A DNA stretch of 64,000 nt from Guillardia theta CCMP2712 (Eukaryota > Protista > Cryptophyta): the NCBI RefSeq assembly GCF_000315625.1, contig NW_005434650.1, positions 338,005 through 402,004 on the forward strand. The letters are read 5' to 3'. Of the stretch, positions 39,106-51,820 are shown in pieces. Position 1 is the first letter of the stretch. Every line of letters starts with the position of its first letter. Under the pieces are notes generated by a model. It did not search any database, was not told the origin of the DNA, and worked only from the letters and a program-made list of their open reading frames with translations. Position numbers and translations under genes: made by a program.

Positions 39106-41806
39106 CTAATCAGTGATGTTCGCAAATCGTTGCTTCTGCCTTTGACGAAACATGTCACTTCCCTGCACCAGAAGTGAGGTTGACTATGTATTCAAACATC
39201 CAACCAACCTGAGATTCATCTCTCTTCCCTTCGTCTCCATCATGCCCCCTGTTACGTTTGCTTCCTCCGCTTGAACGAGGAACAGGCTGACTTCCTGGGA
39301 TAAGACTGACATGAAATTTAGTAACATAAACCAGCTAAAGAGAACAATCAGCACTCACTTTCCTGGCGCTACCGACATTGTCTGAGGAGGCTTGTAAAAC
39401 TGGGGAGGAACGATCAACTGATGAATAAGCGACAGAATCTCATCTGGATTGGGAGAAACAGGAAAGGGGCCGGATGGAAGCTGATTGAGAAGCTCCTGAA
39501 CAGCAAGGGGGATTGGAGGCAAGGGAACTGATGGCCGTTTGTGATCCATGGAGCTCGACTTGCTTGGTTTGTCTGAAGATCCACCTTTTTCTTTGGCATT
39601 GGAATCAGGATCTCCTTTCCCACTTGATCCTGAACCCTTCGACTTTTGTGAAGACAAAGTAGCTGAGTCTTGAGTCTGAATTCCCAAAAGATCTCTTTCG
39701 ATAGAGCTACACGGCCAAAGGTTCGAAAAGCGAAACCTGCACGCAAGCTGCGCAAGACTTTGGCTGCCTTGTCTCTCTGGATAAATCATAGCCCGTCTCT
39801 GCTCCAACTTGTGTATCGCTGACAAGTCGCCTCGAGAATACTCAAAATCCACGAAGCGGTCCCATATCAAAAGCGCTTGCTGGCGATCAAGACTGTTCTC
39901 ATCGGCAAGCACTTTCTCAAAAACAACCCTTGTATTGTTGTCGTCATTGAAAGAAGCCAAGAAATCCAAATACTGCAACACAAATTCAACTTCGCATGAA
40001 TAGTGTTTGAGTCCCATTTCAAAAATATTCCGAGCGACCTGAGCATCCTTGTTCGAGTAGTACTCTCTAAGTGCTGCATCGCAGTACACATGCCAGCTAC
40101 ATCCCTGCGCACTCTTGCGTGCCTTCTTGAAGATGGTGCGAGCTGCCTGAACACTTTCCGACCGTCGAGCAAATCTCATGTAGTGAATAAAAACCAGCGG
40201 GGAAGGTTGCAATTCACACAAGTTTTCATATACATTTTTAGCCTCTGTAATGTTGCCACGCATTTCATGTTTTTCTGCCAAAGCGAAATGAAGCAACAAA
40301 CTGTTCGGAATCATCAAAATCCCCTTCTCCAACGTTTTTATTTCTCCACTCAAGTCTCCGATCTCTCCATGCCAGTTTCCCGCTTCGTACCAGATTTCTG
40401 GATATAGAGGTAAATACGACAAACACTGATTGAAGGTGAACGCAACTCGTTTCCTGAGGTCTTCCGAAGGCATCTTCTGAGGATTCGAACGCTCAAAAGA
40501 GATAAGCTCTTGCCAGGCTTTGAGATTTTGTTTCTCCTTATTTTCGCCTGTGTACGGACCAGGAAACTGAGGATTCTGAACTGCATCCCTCAGCTTCTTC
40601 CTCTCCTTGTATGCCACTCTTGCTGCTTTATGCTTGGGTTCGAGATCACGAATAATTTGCTCCGCCATCTGCAAATTGTTTGGATCCAATGTCTTTTCCC
40701 ACTGTTCATATTCCGTCCATAACTTGTCCACAGAATGCATCGGTACTTGCAAACATCGATGGTATGCTCTTCGAAGCTGATTCATCCGTTGAGTATTTTC
40801 ATATTGGTTCGACACCTTACAGCTGCGTAAGAATGCGATGTACTCGCTCCATAATGAGTTCGATGAAATATCTTGGCCGACAGCGTCAACGGCTCTTTCA
40901 AATGCCTTTAGAACTTCAGAATTGTCTTTGGTCGACTGCATGGTGACCGATGTAAAATGAGTAAGGTACGATCGCCAGAGGTCCACATGAGGACAGTGTG
41001 GAAGACCACGTTTCAGTACTTCTATCGCTTTCTTTTTGTCATTGTCAGCCACATACTGGTTTGCATAAGCAAGCCAATGCCTACCAGAAGTTGGAAAGAC
41101 CTCAAGCAGTCTTTCGTAAATCTCTACGAACAAATGCTTCATTGCTCCGCTTTGCACTTCACTCACTAAGACCTTCCAAGCTTCAATGTCATATTTGTTT
41201 CTTTGAACCTTCGAGTTCGCGTCCTTCGCCCTCTGCGTGTATTGATCGAGTGACGGTGCTGGAGCAGCTTGCGGTTCAAAACGACCATTTCCCAGGAGTC
41301 CAATCATTTGACTATTCTCTGCTTCATTCTCTCTCTTGACCTTGACATCTGCTTCAGGCTTTGCTACTGCTGATTCAACTGATGGATTTCCAGGTTTTGT
41401 TTTCGGAGCTTGATTGTCACTGGTTTGGTTGGAATCTTGCTCCTTTTGATCCGGTTGTTTCTGTGTTTCGTTTTCCAAAGTATTCCCCTCGCTGATTTTT
41501 TCATCCGCAGTCGTATTAACAGATTCTTGTGTAGAGGAAGTCTCATCTGCTGGTTCGGGAGCCTGCGAGGAGAGAGCGGCTAGCACATCTTGCGCCTCAG
41601 CAACTGATGGAACCTGCTGTGACTCGACGGGCACATCTTCGGATTTGACTTCCTGCTTATCACTTCCGTGATTCGGCTCTGTACATCTTAATGATCAGAA
41701 CCAACTGGCACTACATGAACAACAAGATCGCACCTGGCACATTTTCATCTTCCACCGTCACTTCGATTTCTTCGTCATGTTGCTCGGCGTGGTCATCGTT
41801 CTCCAT
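39106..41806 (-). CDS. CSTF3: Cleavage stimulation factor 77 kDa subunit (Suf/Rna14), HAT repeats
   Basis: YERLLEVFPTSGRHW, VDLWRSYL, LRRAYHR...PMHSVDKLW.EY, FERSNP, YMRFARR, ARNIFEMGLK, DDNNTRVVFE; C-terminal DMFRQRQKQR then stop. Confidence 0.9.
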
Positions 41807-42661
41807 GTCAGGAACGTTTGGCCTATCACGAAGTGAAAGAAGTCAGAGACTAGACCGATACCTTCTTGACTGTTTCAAATCACAAACATTGCTCTTGCAT
41901 CAACGTTTTCTTCAAGTATCAGCTCAATCCTAGACCTGCTGCATGTAGCTCTCCTGCATGCGTGCTCTTTCTCCTCTACTCCCTTCTCCCTTTCCTCTAT
42001 CCCCCTTTTCTATCTCTCATCTCCCTGAACATGGTTCTGAGATATCTGTCCTCTACCCCTTCCTGTGTCTTCCTCTCCTGCGTCCCCCTGTTCTTCTCCT
42101 CTCTGCCATCCTCTTCTCCCTGCATTTTCTCACGCAATCACCATTACCCCACCCTACCCTTACCCAGATTTTCATCCAACGTGGCTTTACTACCCCTCAT
42201 AGGACCTGTCCGAGTACCTCTGGAAAACAGTAATTGTTGACCCCACCCCGACAAATTCTTGTAACGGTTATACCACATGACGGTTATGGTTCTAGTGACC
42301 AACCCTCGAAGAACAGAGCGCTTCAGATGAAAGAGGGGGTGGTACTCGAAATGAGTCAAGCAGGGGTGTTAGATGGGTAAAAGTAGGGGTAGACGAAGGT
42401 GTGGAGGATAAGGCTATGGTTTGTGGCACATCAGAGCACATGGGAGATGGGAGGAAGGAGGAAGAGATATGTCAATTAGAGAGAACAAGCATGGCATGAA
42501 CATGTATCCTGATGACTGCTAGAACATTCAGATGGGTCCAAACCCAAATGTTCGACATGAAGCTTGCGAATGCAACCAGTCAATCTGCGCTCTCTTCATG
42601 ATTCGGATTACTTGATCACTGCAAGTAGCACTACCATGTTATTTTCAGTAGGCGTAGGGTC

Positions 42662-45600
42662 ATGAGCTTTCTTCCAAACTTGTTTACAAGAGCAAACTCA
42701 TTGGGCCAAGCGAGCCAGTCAAAGAGTCGGCCTTCCGTCCGGAAGGCATGGGATGAAATCGATGACTCCTCCGACGATGAAGATGAAATTCGCGTCGGAC
42801 AACAACACACAATCGATGTGCTTAAAAAGGATAGGATTACTGATTCAAGACGACGAAAAAATATATCGTCAGCGTATGGTATGTCTCTTCACTGTCTCGT
42901 GCCTTTTTGATTATTCTCTTCTGAGTATGCTTCAGGTTCTGGTTCACCTTTTCAGGATTTTGAAACACCAATGTCTTCACTTCAAAGCAAAATCGTGCAG
43001 CAACCTCTTCAATCAGATAAATGGCAAGCAGAATCCAATTTTTTTGATGAAGACTACAGCAAAATACTCGTAACATTGCGGAAGTATGAAAGAGATCTGG
43101 AATGTCAAGAGATAGGATCCTGTAGAGATTTTCTTCAGAAAACTGATCGATACTTAGACGGTTCTTCGAAAGCTGACAAAGCTTTAATGAAGGCACGCGT
43201 TTTGGTTTGCAGCAGTAGGCTTCTTTTGGACAAAAATCTCGAAAGTGCAATCCAGAAGGGGAATGAAGCAATATACCAGATCCTCAATTTATCAAATATG
43301 GAATTTGATTCAGATTTATGTCATTCATTGGAATTGTTAATGGGTGGATTGCAGAACCATATCAATCATTCACAGGACCCAGATGAAAGGCTTTCGATTC
43401 TGAGCAATTTCGTGAAAGGTTATCTGGCTTTGCGGAATAAAAATGTCTTCGAGGCCTTGGATTACATCCAAAGAGCGAAAGATCTTTCTCGAATTGTAAC
43501 GAATGGAAAAGTCATGGAAACCCAGTTGACAAACTTTGCGATTTCGCTGAGGAACAATTACAAATCAGTCAATTCAAGGTCACTGGTGCCAGAACATCGT
43601 TTGAGGAAAAACGTGTCTGAGCATCCTGATCTCACATCTATCAATATTGGAACAAACAAAAATGATTCAAAAGTCAAAAGGAATACATTCGACCAAAAGT
43701 TTGATATCTCCGATGATTCTGATGAAGATGTCACAGTCCAGCAGAACTCTTCGCTGATCACACGAACGAGTTCTTTGATTTTAGATGGTTCCAAGTCAGC
43801 CAAAAAGGTGAAAGAAAAGGCGTTACCGTCTCTTTTAGAGAATAACCATCAGAAAGCAGTCAAAAGATCATACATGAATCCAACAAATACGGTGATATCT
43901 AGAACTTCTAGTGAATCGCACGAGGGTTCATTCCGAACTGGGTCGCCTTTTTCACTCCAATTTGGGTTGGGTTCTCGAAAGACAAATATTTTCCGACATA
44001 TTGATGGATCCGTAAAGGAATCAAGCGCGACACTCATTCAGAACTGTTTTCGAATGTGGAGATCTCGCAAAAAAGTGACTCAATTACGGCATTTTCACCA
44101 AGCTCGGTATTTGACATCATCGGATTTGACATTAAGATTCAATTCAACGATTGTTCATAGGCATTCAAACATGCAAGATATACAACAAAAGGTCTATGCC
44201 TCTACTGTCATCATAACGAAATTGAAACGATCTCTCCTGCAGAGGTCTTGGATTGACAAGTATAGCTCACGTCATCTTTTGCTTTCAATGTTGCAGAGAA
44301 ATAATCCTCGAATGCGGTATTTGCAATTGTTAGCAGTTGCAAAACTTGAAGGCTCAATCAAAGCTCATTTGACATATCGTCGCTATCCAATTCAAGCATT
44401 TCTGATGCTCAGACAGGTGACAAGTCGGAAAATTCTGCGTTGTAAATACATTACAACGATATCGCAACATAGAGTCGTTCAAAGCTTTGCCAGAAGGAGC
44501 ATTGAAAGCCGAAGATTTGCACAGATGATTGTAGGATTTACAAAGATATATTTTTCAGTATTTGCGAAGGGACTTCGGAAACAGTTTCTGGAGAACTATG
44601 AAATAATCGTGGTACAGGCTCGGTGCAGACAACGACTACAAGAACTTGAATGGAAGCATTTTCTGCAGCAAGCCAAATTAAATCATATTCAAACTCTACA
44701 AGCTAGACTGAGAACCACTTCTCTGCAAACTCAATACCAGAGGCAAAGGAAAAGCTCGATCTTAAAGGCGACAGGCCGGAGGGCTCTAGCGCGAGGACGG
44801 TACGCCCGGGAGGTAACGAGGCAGCTGGTCACGGCTTGGCTGAGGAGGACAGAGGCCAGGAAGAGGTATGCAGAGACCAAGAGTCAGTGCAGGAGGCTAC
44901 AGGCGTACATGAGGAGGGCGTTGTACAGGAGGGCCCAAGCAGAGAGGAGGTCAGCAGCAGAGAGGCTGCAGGCGTACATCAGGCAGCAGGCGAGGAGGTC
45001 ACGAGGCACGAAGCAGCTGGCAGCCGCAAGGGCCGAGCGGGCATGTCAAGTGCTGCAAGCTGCGGGCCGGCGGCGAAGGGTCCGCGAGAACTACCAACGG
45101 GCAGTAGGGAGCATGCTTCTGCAAGCCACGAGCCGGCGGGCTCTAGCGCGAGGACGGTACGCCCGGGAGGTAACGAGGCAGCTGGTAACGGCTTGGCTGA
45201 GGAGGACAGAGGCCAGGAAGAGGTATGCAGAGACCAAGAGTCAGTGCAGGAGGCTACAGGCGTACATGAGGAGGGCGTTGTACAGGAGGGCCCAAGCAGA
45301 GAGGAGGTCAGCAGCAGAGAGGCTGCAGGCGTACATCAGGCAGCAGGCGAGGAGGTCACGAGGCACGAAGCAGCTGGCAGCCGCAAGGGCCGAGCGGGCA
45401 TGTCAAGTGCTGCAAGCTGCGGGCCGGCGGCGAAGGGTCCGCGAGAACTACCAACGGGCAGTAGGGAGCATGCTTCTGCAAGCCACGAGCCGGCGGGCTC
45501 TAGCGCGAGGACGGTACGCCCGGGAGGTAACGAGGCAGCTGGTAACGGCTTGGCTGAGGAGGACAGAGGCCAGGAAGAGGTATGCAGAGACCAAGAGTCA

Positions 45601-47803
45601 GTGCAGGAGGCTACAGGCGTACATGAGGAGGGCGTTGTACAGGAGGGCCCAAGCAGAGAGGAGGTCAGCAGCAGAGAGGCTGCAGGCGTACATCAGGCAG
45701 CAGGCGAGGAGGTCACGAGGCACGAAGCAGCTGGCAGCCGCAAGGGCCGAGCGGGCATGTCAAGTGCTGCAAGCTGCGGGCCGGCGGCGAAGGGTCCGCG
45801 AGAACTACCAACGGGCAGTAGGGAGCATGCTTCTGCAAGCCACGAGCCGGCGGGCTCTAGCGCGAGGACGGTACGCCCGGGAGGTAACGAGGCAGCTGAT
45901 CACGGCTTGGCTGAGGAGGACAGAGGCCAGGAAGAGGTATGCAGAGACCAAGAGTCAGTGCAGGAGGCTACAGGCGTACATGAGGAGGGCGTTGTACAGG
46001 AGGGCCCAAGCAGAGAGGAGGTCAGCAGCAGAGAGGCTGCAGGCGTACATCAGGCAGCAGGCGAGGAGGTCACGAGGCACGAAGCAGCTGGCAGCCGCAA
46101 GGGCCGAGCGGGCATGTCAAGTGCTGCAAGCTGCGGGCCGGCGGCGAAGGGTCCGCGAGAACTACCAACGGGCAGTAGGGAGCATGCTTCTGCAAGCCAC
46201 GAGCCGGCGGGCTCTAGCGCGAGGACGGTACGCCCGGGAGGTAACGAGGCAGCTGGTAACGGCTTGGCTGAGGAGGACAGAGGCCAGGAAGAGGTATGCA
46301 GAGACCAAGAGTCAGTGCAGGAGGCTACAGGCGTACATGAGGAGGGCGTTGTACAGGAGGGCCCAAGCAGAGAGGAGGTCAGCAGCAGAGAGGCTGCAGG
46401 CGTACATCAGGCAGCAGGCGAGGAGGTCACGAGGCACGAAGCAGCTGGCAGCCGCAAGGGCCGAGCGGGCATGTCAAGTGCTGCAAGCTGCGGGCCGGCG
46501 GCGAAGGGTCCGCGAGAACTACCAACGGGCAGTAGGGAGCATGCTTCTGCAAGCCACGAGCCGGCGGGCTCTAGCGCGAGGACGGTACGCCCGGGAGGTA
46601 ACGAGGCAGCTGATCACGGCTTGGCTGAGGAGGACAGAGGCCAGGAAGAGGTATGCAGAGACCAAGAGTCAGTGCAGGAGGCTACAGGCGTACATGAGGA
46701 GGGCGTTGTACAGGAGGGCCCAAGCAGAGAGGAGGTCAGCAGCAGAGGAGGCTGCCGGCATACATCCGGCCGGAGCGAGGAGGTCACGAGGCACGAAGTC
46801 ACCTGGCAGCCGCCCGGACAACCGGGCATGTCAAGTGCTGCAAGCTGGGGGCCGGCCGTTAACGGTTCACGATAACTACCTATCGTGCACGTTGCTAATG
46901 CTTCTGCCTCTTCCCAGCCGGCGGGCTCTAGCGCGGGACATGTGCTGCGGGAGGTAACGAGGCAGCTGATCACGGGTTTCCTGAGGAGGACAGAGGCCAG
47001 GAAGAGGTATGCAGAGACCAAGAGTCAGTGCAGGAGGCTACAGGCGTACATGAGGAGGGCGTTGTACAGGAGGGCCCAAGCAGAGAGGAGGTCAGCAGCA
47101 GAGAGGCTGCAGGCGTACATCAGGCAGCAGGCGAGGAGGTCACGAGGCACGAAGCAGCTGGCAGCCGCAAGGGCCGAGCGGGCATGTCAAGTACTTCAGA
47201 GTTGTGTTAGAAGGGTCAGTGTTTCTTCCTTGTTCATGCAGTATTATGGTTGCATTGTTCTTCAATCATCGGTTCGTCGTTTGATTGTTGCGAACAATGT
47301 GGGCTGGGTACGAAAAGTTGCTGCTAAAAAGCATCACGACATGGTTGGACTGGAGTCAAAGCTATCCAAGGGAAATTGGGAAGTGGATCGAAGTTCACTT
47401 GGAAACGCCTTCCGGTATGCCAAGTATGGGAGGTACAGAGAGCTGGAGAAGGCAATACAAGATTCTGAAGTGTCTGTCGATGACCAATATGGACCCAAGA
47501 ACAACACTCTGCTCTGTGTGGCTGCAAGCCACGGACATCTGGTTCGTATTTGTATATTGATTTCTATTTGAGATTCTTCTGACTTTGAAGCTGCAGAGAA
47601 TTGTGAAACTTCTTTTGAGGAACAAGGCTGACATCAATTTCCAAAACAGTGAAGGGAACTCGCCGATGCATCTAGCAAACATCTTTAACTACAAAGAACT
47701 TGTCAATTATTTGATCTCCAAGGGAGCCAACAAGGAGCTCAAGAACAAGCGAGGTCATTCTCCGTTGGAAGAATCCGTCGATGGACCTGATGAAGCTTCT
47801 TGA
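42662..47803 (+). CDS. Large protein with an IQ-like repeat array and C-terminal ankyrin repeats; apparent -1 frameshift at ~46940
   Basis: First intron ~42879-42935; IQNCFRMW and repeated LQAxxRR motifs; ankyrin NTLLCVAASHGH and GNSPMHLA. Confidence 0.75.
44780..47192 (+). repeat. 357-bp (119-aa) coding tandem array, ~6.75 near-identical copies
   Basis: CTCTAGCGCG anchor at 44784, 45141, 45498, 45855, 46212, 46569 and 46926. Confidence 0.97.
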
Positions 47804-47857
47804 ATGTAAACATGTAAGTGTATCGTATGTATGTAAATAGATCAAATAAAATGTTTG

Positions 47858-50800
47858 TTCCTACCTGTCGCATCCGAATTCGCTGAATTCGTACTCTCTG
47901 GAGTCTGCACCTGTCCCTCGCCCAGTCCTTCAATAGAGTCCTGTCGAAACAATTAATCTGCCCGAACCACTGGGCGACCTTCTAAATCATCACAGAGTTT
48001 ACTTCTCGAGTATCTGTGGGACTTGTAGACGATGTTATCAAGTCCACGGATTCAGCCTACGAATATTTAGACACCTGCAGGATATTTCTTGCCTTAACCT
48101 TTGCTCCGACATTTTCCTCAGAGCCAGAATTTCCACCATCGCTTGTTTGAAAATATCCACTGATCACACCTGTCTCATACGCTGCAAGACATCTCAGCAA
48201 AGACGAGGCCATACATTTTGCAACATGCACCCGGAGCCCATGTAGACGTGGTGATGGCAAAGCACTTGCCCCTCAACTTCACATTCTCATGATCCATAGC
48301 ATACCACACAAAGGAGCGACAAATCTAAGAAAACCATCAGTCAACCAGATCTTGAACACGTGTCAGAACTCACTGCGCAAGTTGCCCTTGATCGGTGGTC
48401 TTGAAGTCCATTCCCCACGAATTCAAACCCTTGACATCCTTCGACTGCAGATAATTTAACCAGGACCACTTTGTTTTGCATGGACGTACTTGCTTTGGCT
48501 GTCATTCGCCAACATTCATCTGCACATTTGGTCGCTCCTCCTGCAACAACCAATCCGCCATTTGTTCCTCTTTCCTGATCTTTGATGGAATCGTCCCAGA
48601 ATGTTCCAAGATACTCGTGTTTCTTTGTAAACACGGGTATCAGCGCGTGTATGTTGTTCGTGTCCTGATAGATGAAGAATGAGCCCATGGGATAATCCCT
48701 GGGCACCAACAAGTGAGATCAAATTCTCCATCCGAGGGATCAACCTGCGTGAGGGAGAAGGAAGCCATGCGCTCGAATCAGCAATGCGCCACAGAGCTCG
48801 ATTGACAGACACCTGCACTTAAAAATTCATTTTGGTTCACAAGATACACGACACCAACTTTGACAGCCTCCTTGGCCAGCTCAATCATGCTCTGAGCCTT
48901 CTTGTATGCCCAGATCTGTTCCTCGTGAGTGTCGTGTTGCTATAGTGAAAGGGCTTACTTGCACAGCTTGTCCCTGAGGCGACCGCACTATACTGACAAT
49001 CTGTTTTTGAGTAGCCAATGCGACCTACACGAGGGGTGTGATCGATGGAGAAAGTTGTCCATGCCCGCACCTGCATTCCTACAGTCGTTGCAACGTCTAA
49101 AGCATTGCCTATGAAAACAATGCTTACAAATGGGCAAGACCACCGACAACAAGGCAGAACCTCCAATGACGGCGATTTCCAACGCCTTTTCTACAGCGTG
49201 TTGTGCAGCCTTTGGGCAACCTCTTCACGTTACAGGCATCCAGACCCAAAACTGACCTGATCCAAATACTGTCTTGATTGATCGAACATGCGAGGTGTGT
49301 GCTTCAACAGAGCCTGCTAGCACTTTAATGTCTCACTTTCTCAGCAGCGATGACCTTGGTCGTGTCGCTCACAGCGGCTATGGCTTTGTTTGCTGACACA
49401 AACGCATCAACTTTGTCACCAACTCGACCGGTAGTGTCTGAATCAATCCAGAATCTTTACCTGCTTCAAGTTTTTCTGGGCTCAGCGTGCATTGCTCACG
49501 ATTCCCAGTTGATTTCTCAATGGCTGTGCAAAAATAATAGCCGAATGCCTGCCAAGACGTTGAGTGAGACACCCAACTTCATCTTTGCGAGTGTTTCCGT
49601 ACTCGCGCTAACTTCGTGGCTGATTTGAAGACCATGCCCACTACAACATCTCAGAATTAACTCCCATAGCTTGTTCAATTACCGACGCCCTTTTCATCCC
49701 CACGGTAAGCAACCAAGCCCTGACAACTCCATCACCAGGACACAGTTGGATGGTGTCACCACTCACTCTCGATGACGATTCCTCCTTGCCTTCACTTTGC
49801 TTTGGTATAATGTCGGGGTGATGTGCTGATGAACCTGCAGTTGACTTCCCAGAGCCATCATGCTCAAAGTTGTTCTGATGGTCGGCATCCTTTGATATTG
49901 CAGCAGCGTCCTGGGAGGGCTGGTCCTTCACCGAGGATTCCGGCTGAGCATCGACCACCTGTTGTCCTGTGTTGTGATCCTCAGCTTCAGGTTCCGATCT
50001 TGAAGGAGGTTTCCTTGAGAGCTCCTCTGCATCTGTACAGACTTCCCGTGACTGCTTCGCTCCATCAGCTACCGTAGGATCCATGGCTCCTGAGGTATTT
50101 TGAAGAGTTCCATCGTCACTGTAATGCACTGCTTCGTCCTGCAGCTCCGTAGGTGAGGTCCTTGCTTGCTCACTCTCCAAACGAAATCTGCTGGAATCTC
50201 CTCCTCCCATTGACAAGTCTTCCTGTTCTTCTTGCTGTACTGCATGGGATGTACCTGTCGTATCAACATGTCACAGCTTGACATCGCATAGCACGAGAGG
50301 GATTCAGCTGATACTTTCTTCTATGGAAGCTGCCATTGCGCTAACATCTTGTGCAAAGAATAAACAAAAATGAGACATGAACAAGCATCAGGAACTTTCT
50401 TATCACCCTGGTGCACAACATTAGCAGGTTGTGGAAAGGACCCAATGGTTGATGGCACTGCAGCCGGAGAACCTACGGGTAGGGTGAATGAAGATATCAC
50501 TCACAACAAACAAGAGCACCTTGGCAGTAATGACAACCAAGAAAACTCACGACTATCAACGACAGGTAAATCTGAGAATCGGGTAAGCGATTGCTTTGAT
50601 TTCAACTTGCACACCTGAACGCGGTGTCTAGCCATGTTTCAATCAACTTCTGATGATCATTCTTCAACCTCTTGCGTGACGACCCGTGTGGATAACTTTA
50701 TCTTTCCATCCCGCAAGAGAGCACCAGGAAATGAAGCATTCTATGATGAAAGCTTCAAGATCCAAATAAAGTGAATGTAAGATCACACGACAACATTGCA

Positions 50801-51131
50801 AGCAAGAAACTTGGTGCTCAGGTAGCTCAAGCACATCGACACTACCCTCCACTTTCTCTCCGCATAATCAATATCTTGCACTGGGTTCGTCTCTATGGTA
50901 TTCTTCCTCTTTCCCTTGCAATCTGAACCCTTTGGCCCTGTCATCGCAACATCCTGTTGAATCTACCTTCTCCTTCTGACCTTTCCTCTCTCTCCCTCCC
51001 CACCATGCTCAACCTCATCTTTTCGTCCGCCTATTCTGCTCTTATGTTCCTTTTGAAAGCCATCGCTTCCCTCTCATCTTCTTCTCCACCGACATTCCAC
51101 GACATCGTTTCGAGCCGCCCGCCACTGCCAT
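47858..51131 (-). CDS. Hypothetical multi-exon protein; boundaries approximate
   Basis: Co-oriented minus-strand ORF pieces (49641..50216 acidic low-complexity; 48341..48712) with splice signals; no domain recognised. Confidence 0.45.
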
Positions 51132-51243
51132 GGAACTCTCCCATTTGATCACCCACCCCTACCCATCTTTTGGCACAAGGAAAGGATTGGCAACCACCGG
51201 TCATCGAAGTATTTCAATTTTAAGCGAAAGGAAAAACCGTTTG

Positions 51244-51299
51244 AAGTTACAAAGTTACAAAGTTACAAAGTTACAAAGTTACAAAGTTCGGAAGTTCTA
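51244..51299 (+). repeat. (AAGTTACA)5 plus 2 degenerate units
   Basis: Direct reading; immediately followed by GC-rich GTGACCGGGTGACGTCAGTCAGCCGCGCGGCCCGGCCCGG. Confidence 0.9.
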
Positions 51300-51820
51300 G
51301 TGACCGGGTGACGTCAGTCAGCCGCGCGGCCCGGCCCGGCAGTTTCATCCAACTCATCCATCCACGTACCCCCTTGACCTACCGTGGGTCGTAGTGGGTC
51401 AGATCACCCCATCTTCTCTACAGAATTGTTGGATTTGAGCTGGTAGGGTGTTATGAAGGGGTGGGTAGTCTCGCTCTAAGGATTCCTTGCTTTCTATGGG
51501 CCAGTGGTATCCCGCATGAAGGGAGAGCGACGATGGCGAGAGGCGGCAGGGAGAACAGGAGAGAAGACAGTAAACGTCACAAAGGATACGACCAAGTGAA
51601 GCGGGGCAAGAAGGGACAGAGGAGTTGTGAGAGCAAGAGACGGGGCTAGGGTTCGGGGCTGGTTTAGAGTACCTCAAGCCAAGTGCGTTTGATGAGGGAG
51701 AGCGAGAAGAAACAGAATGATTGAACGAGCACCAGCAGTGACTCCTTTTCTTTTTGTTTTTGGCAGATCGATGTATATTGATCAAGAACCAGTGTTTTAG
51801 CGCTAGGGTGGATATTGGAT

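Noticed and set aside
44836-46875. 679-aa alternative-frame ORF overlapping the IQ-like array
   Set aside because: It is open only because the T-poor 357-bp unit lacks stops in that frame; it begins and ends within the array
44780-51299. CRISPR-like arrays (the 357-bp and 8-bp repeats)
   Set aside because: Head-to-tail repeats without unique spacers, no cas genes, eukaryotic context
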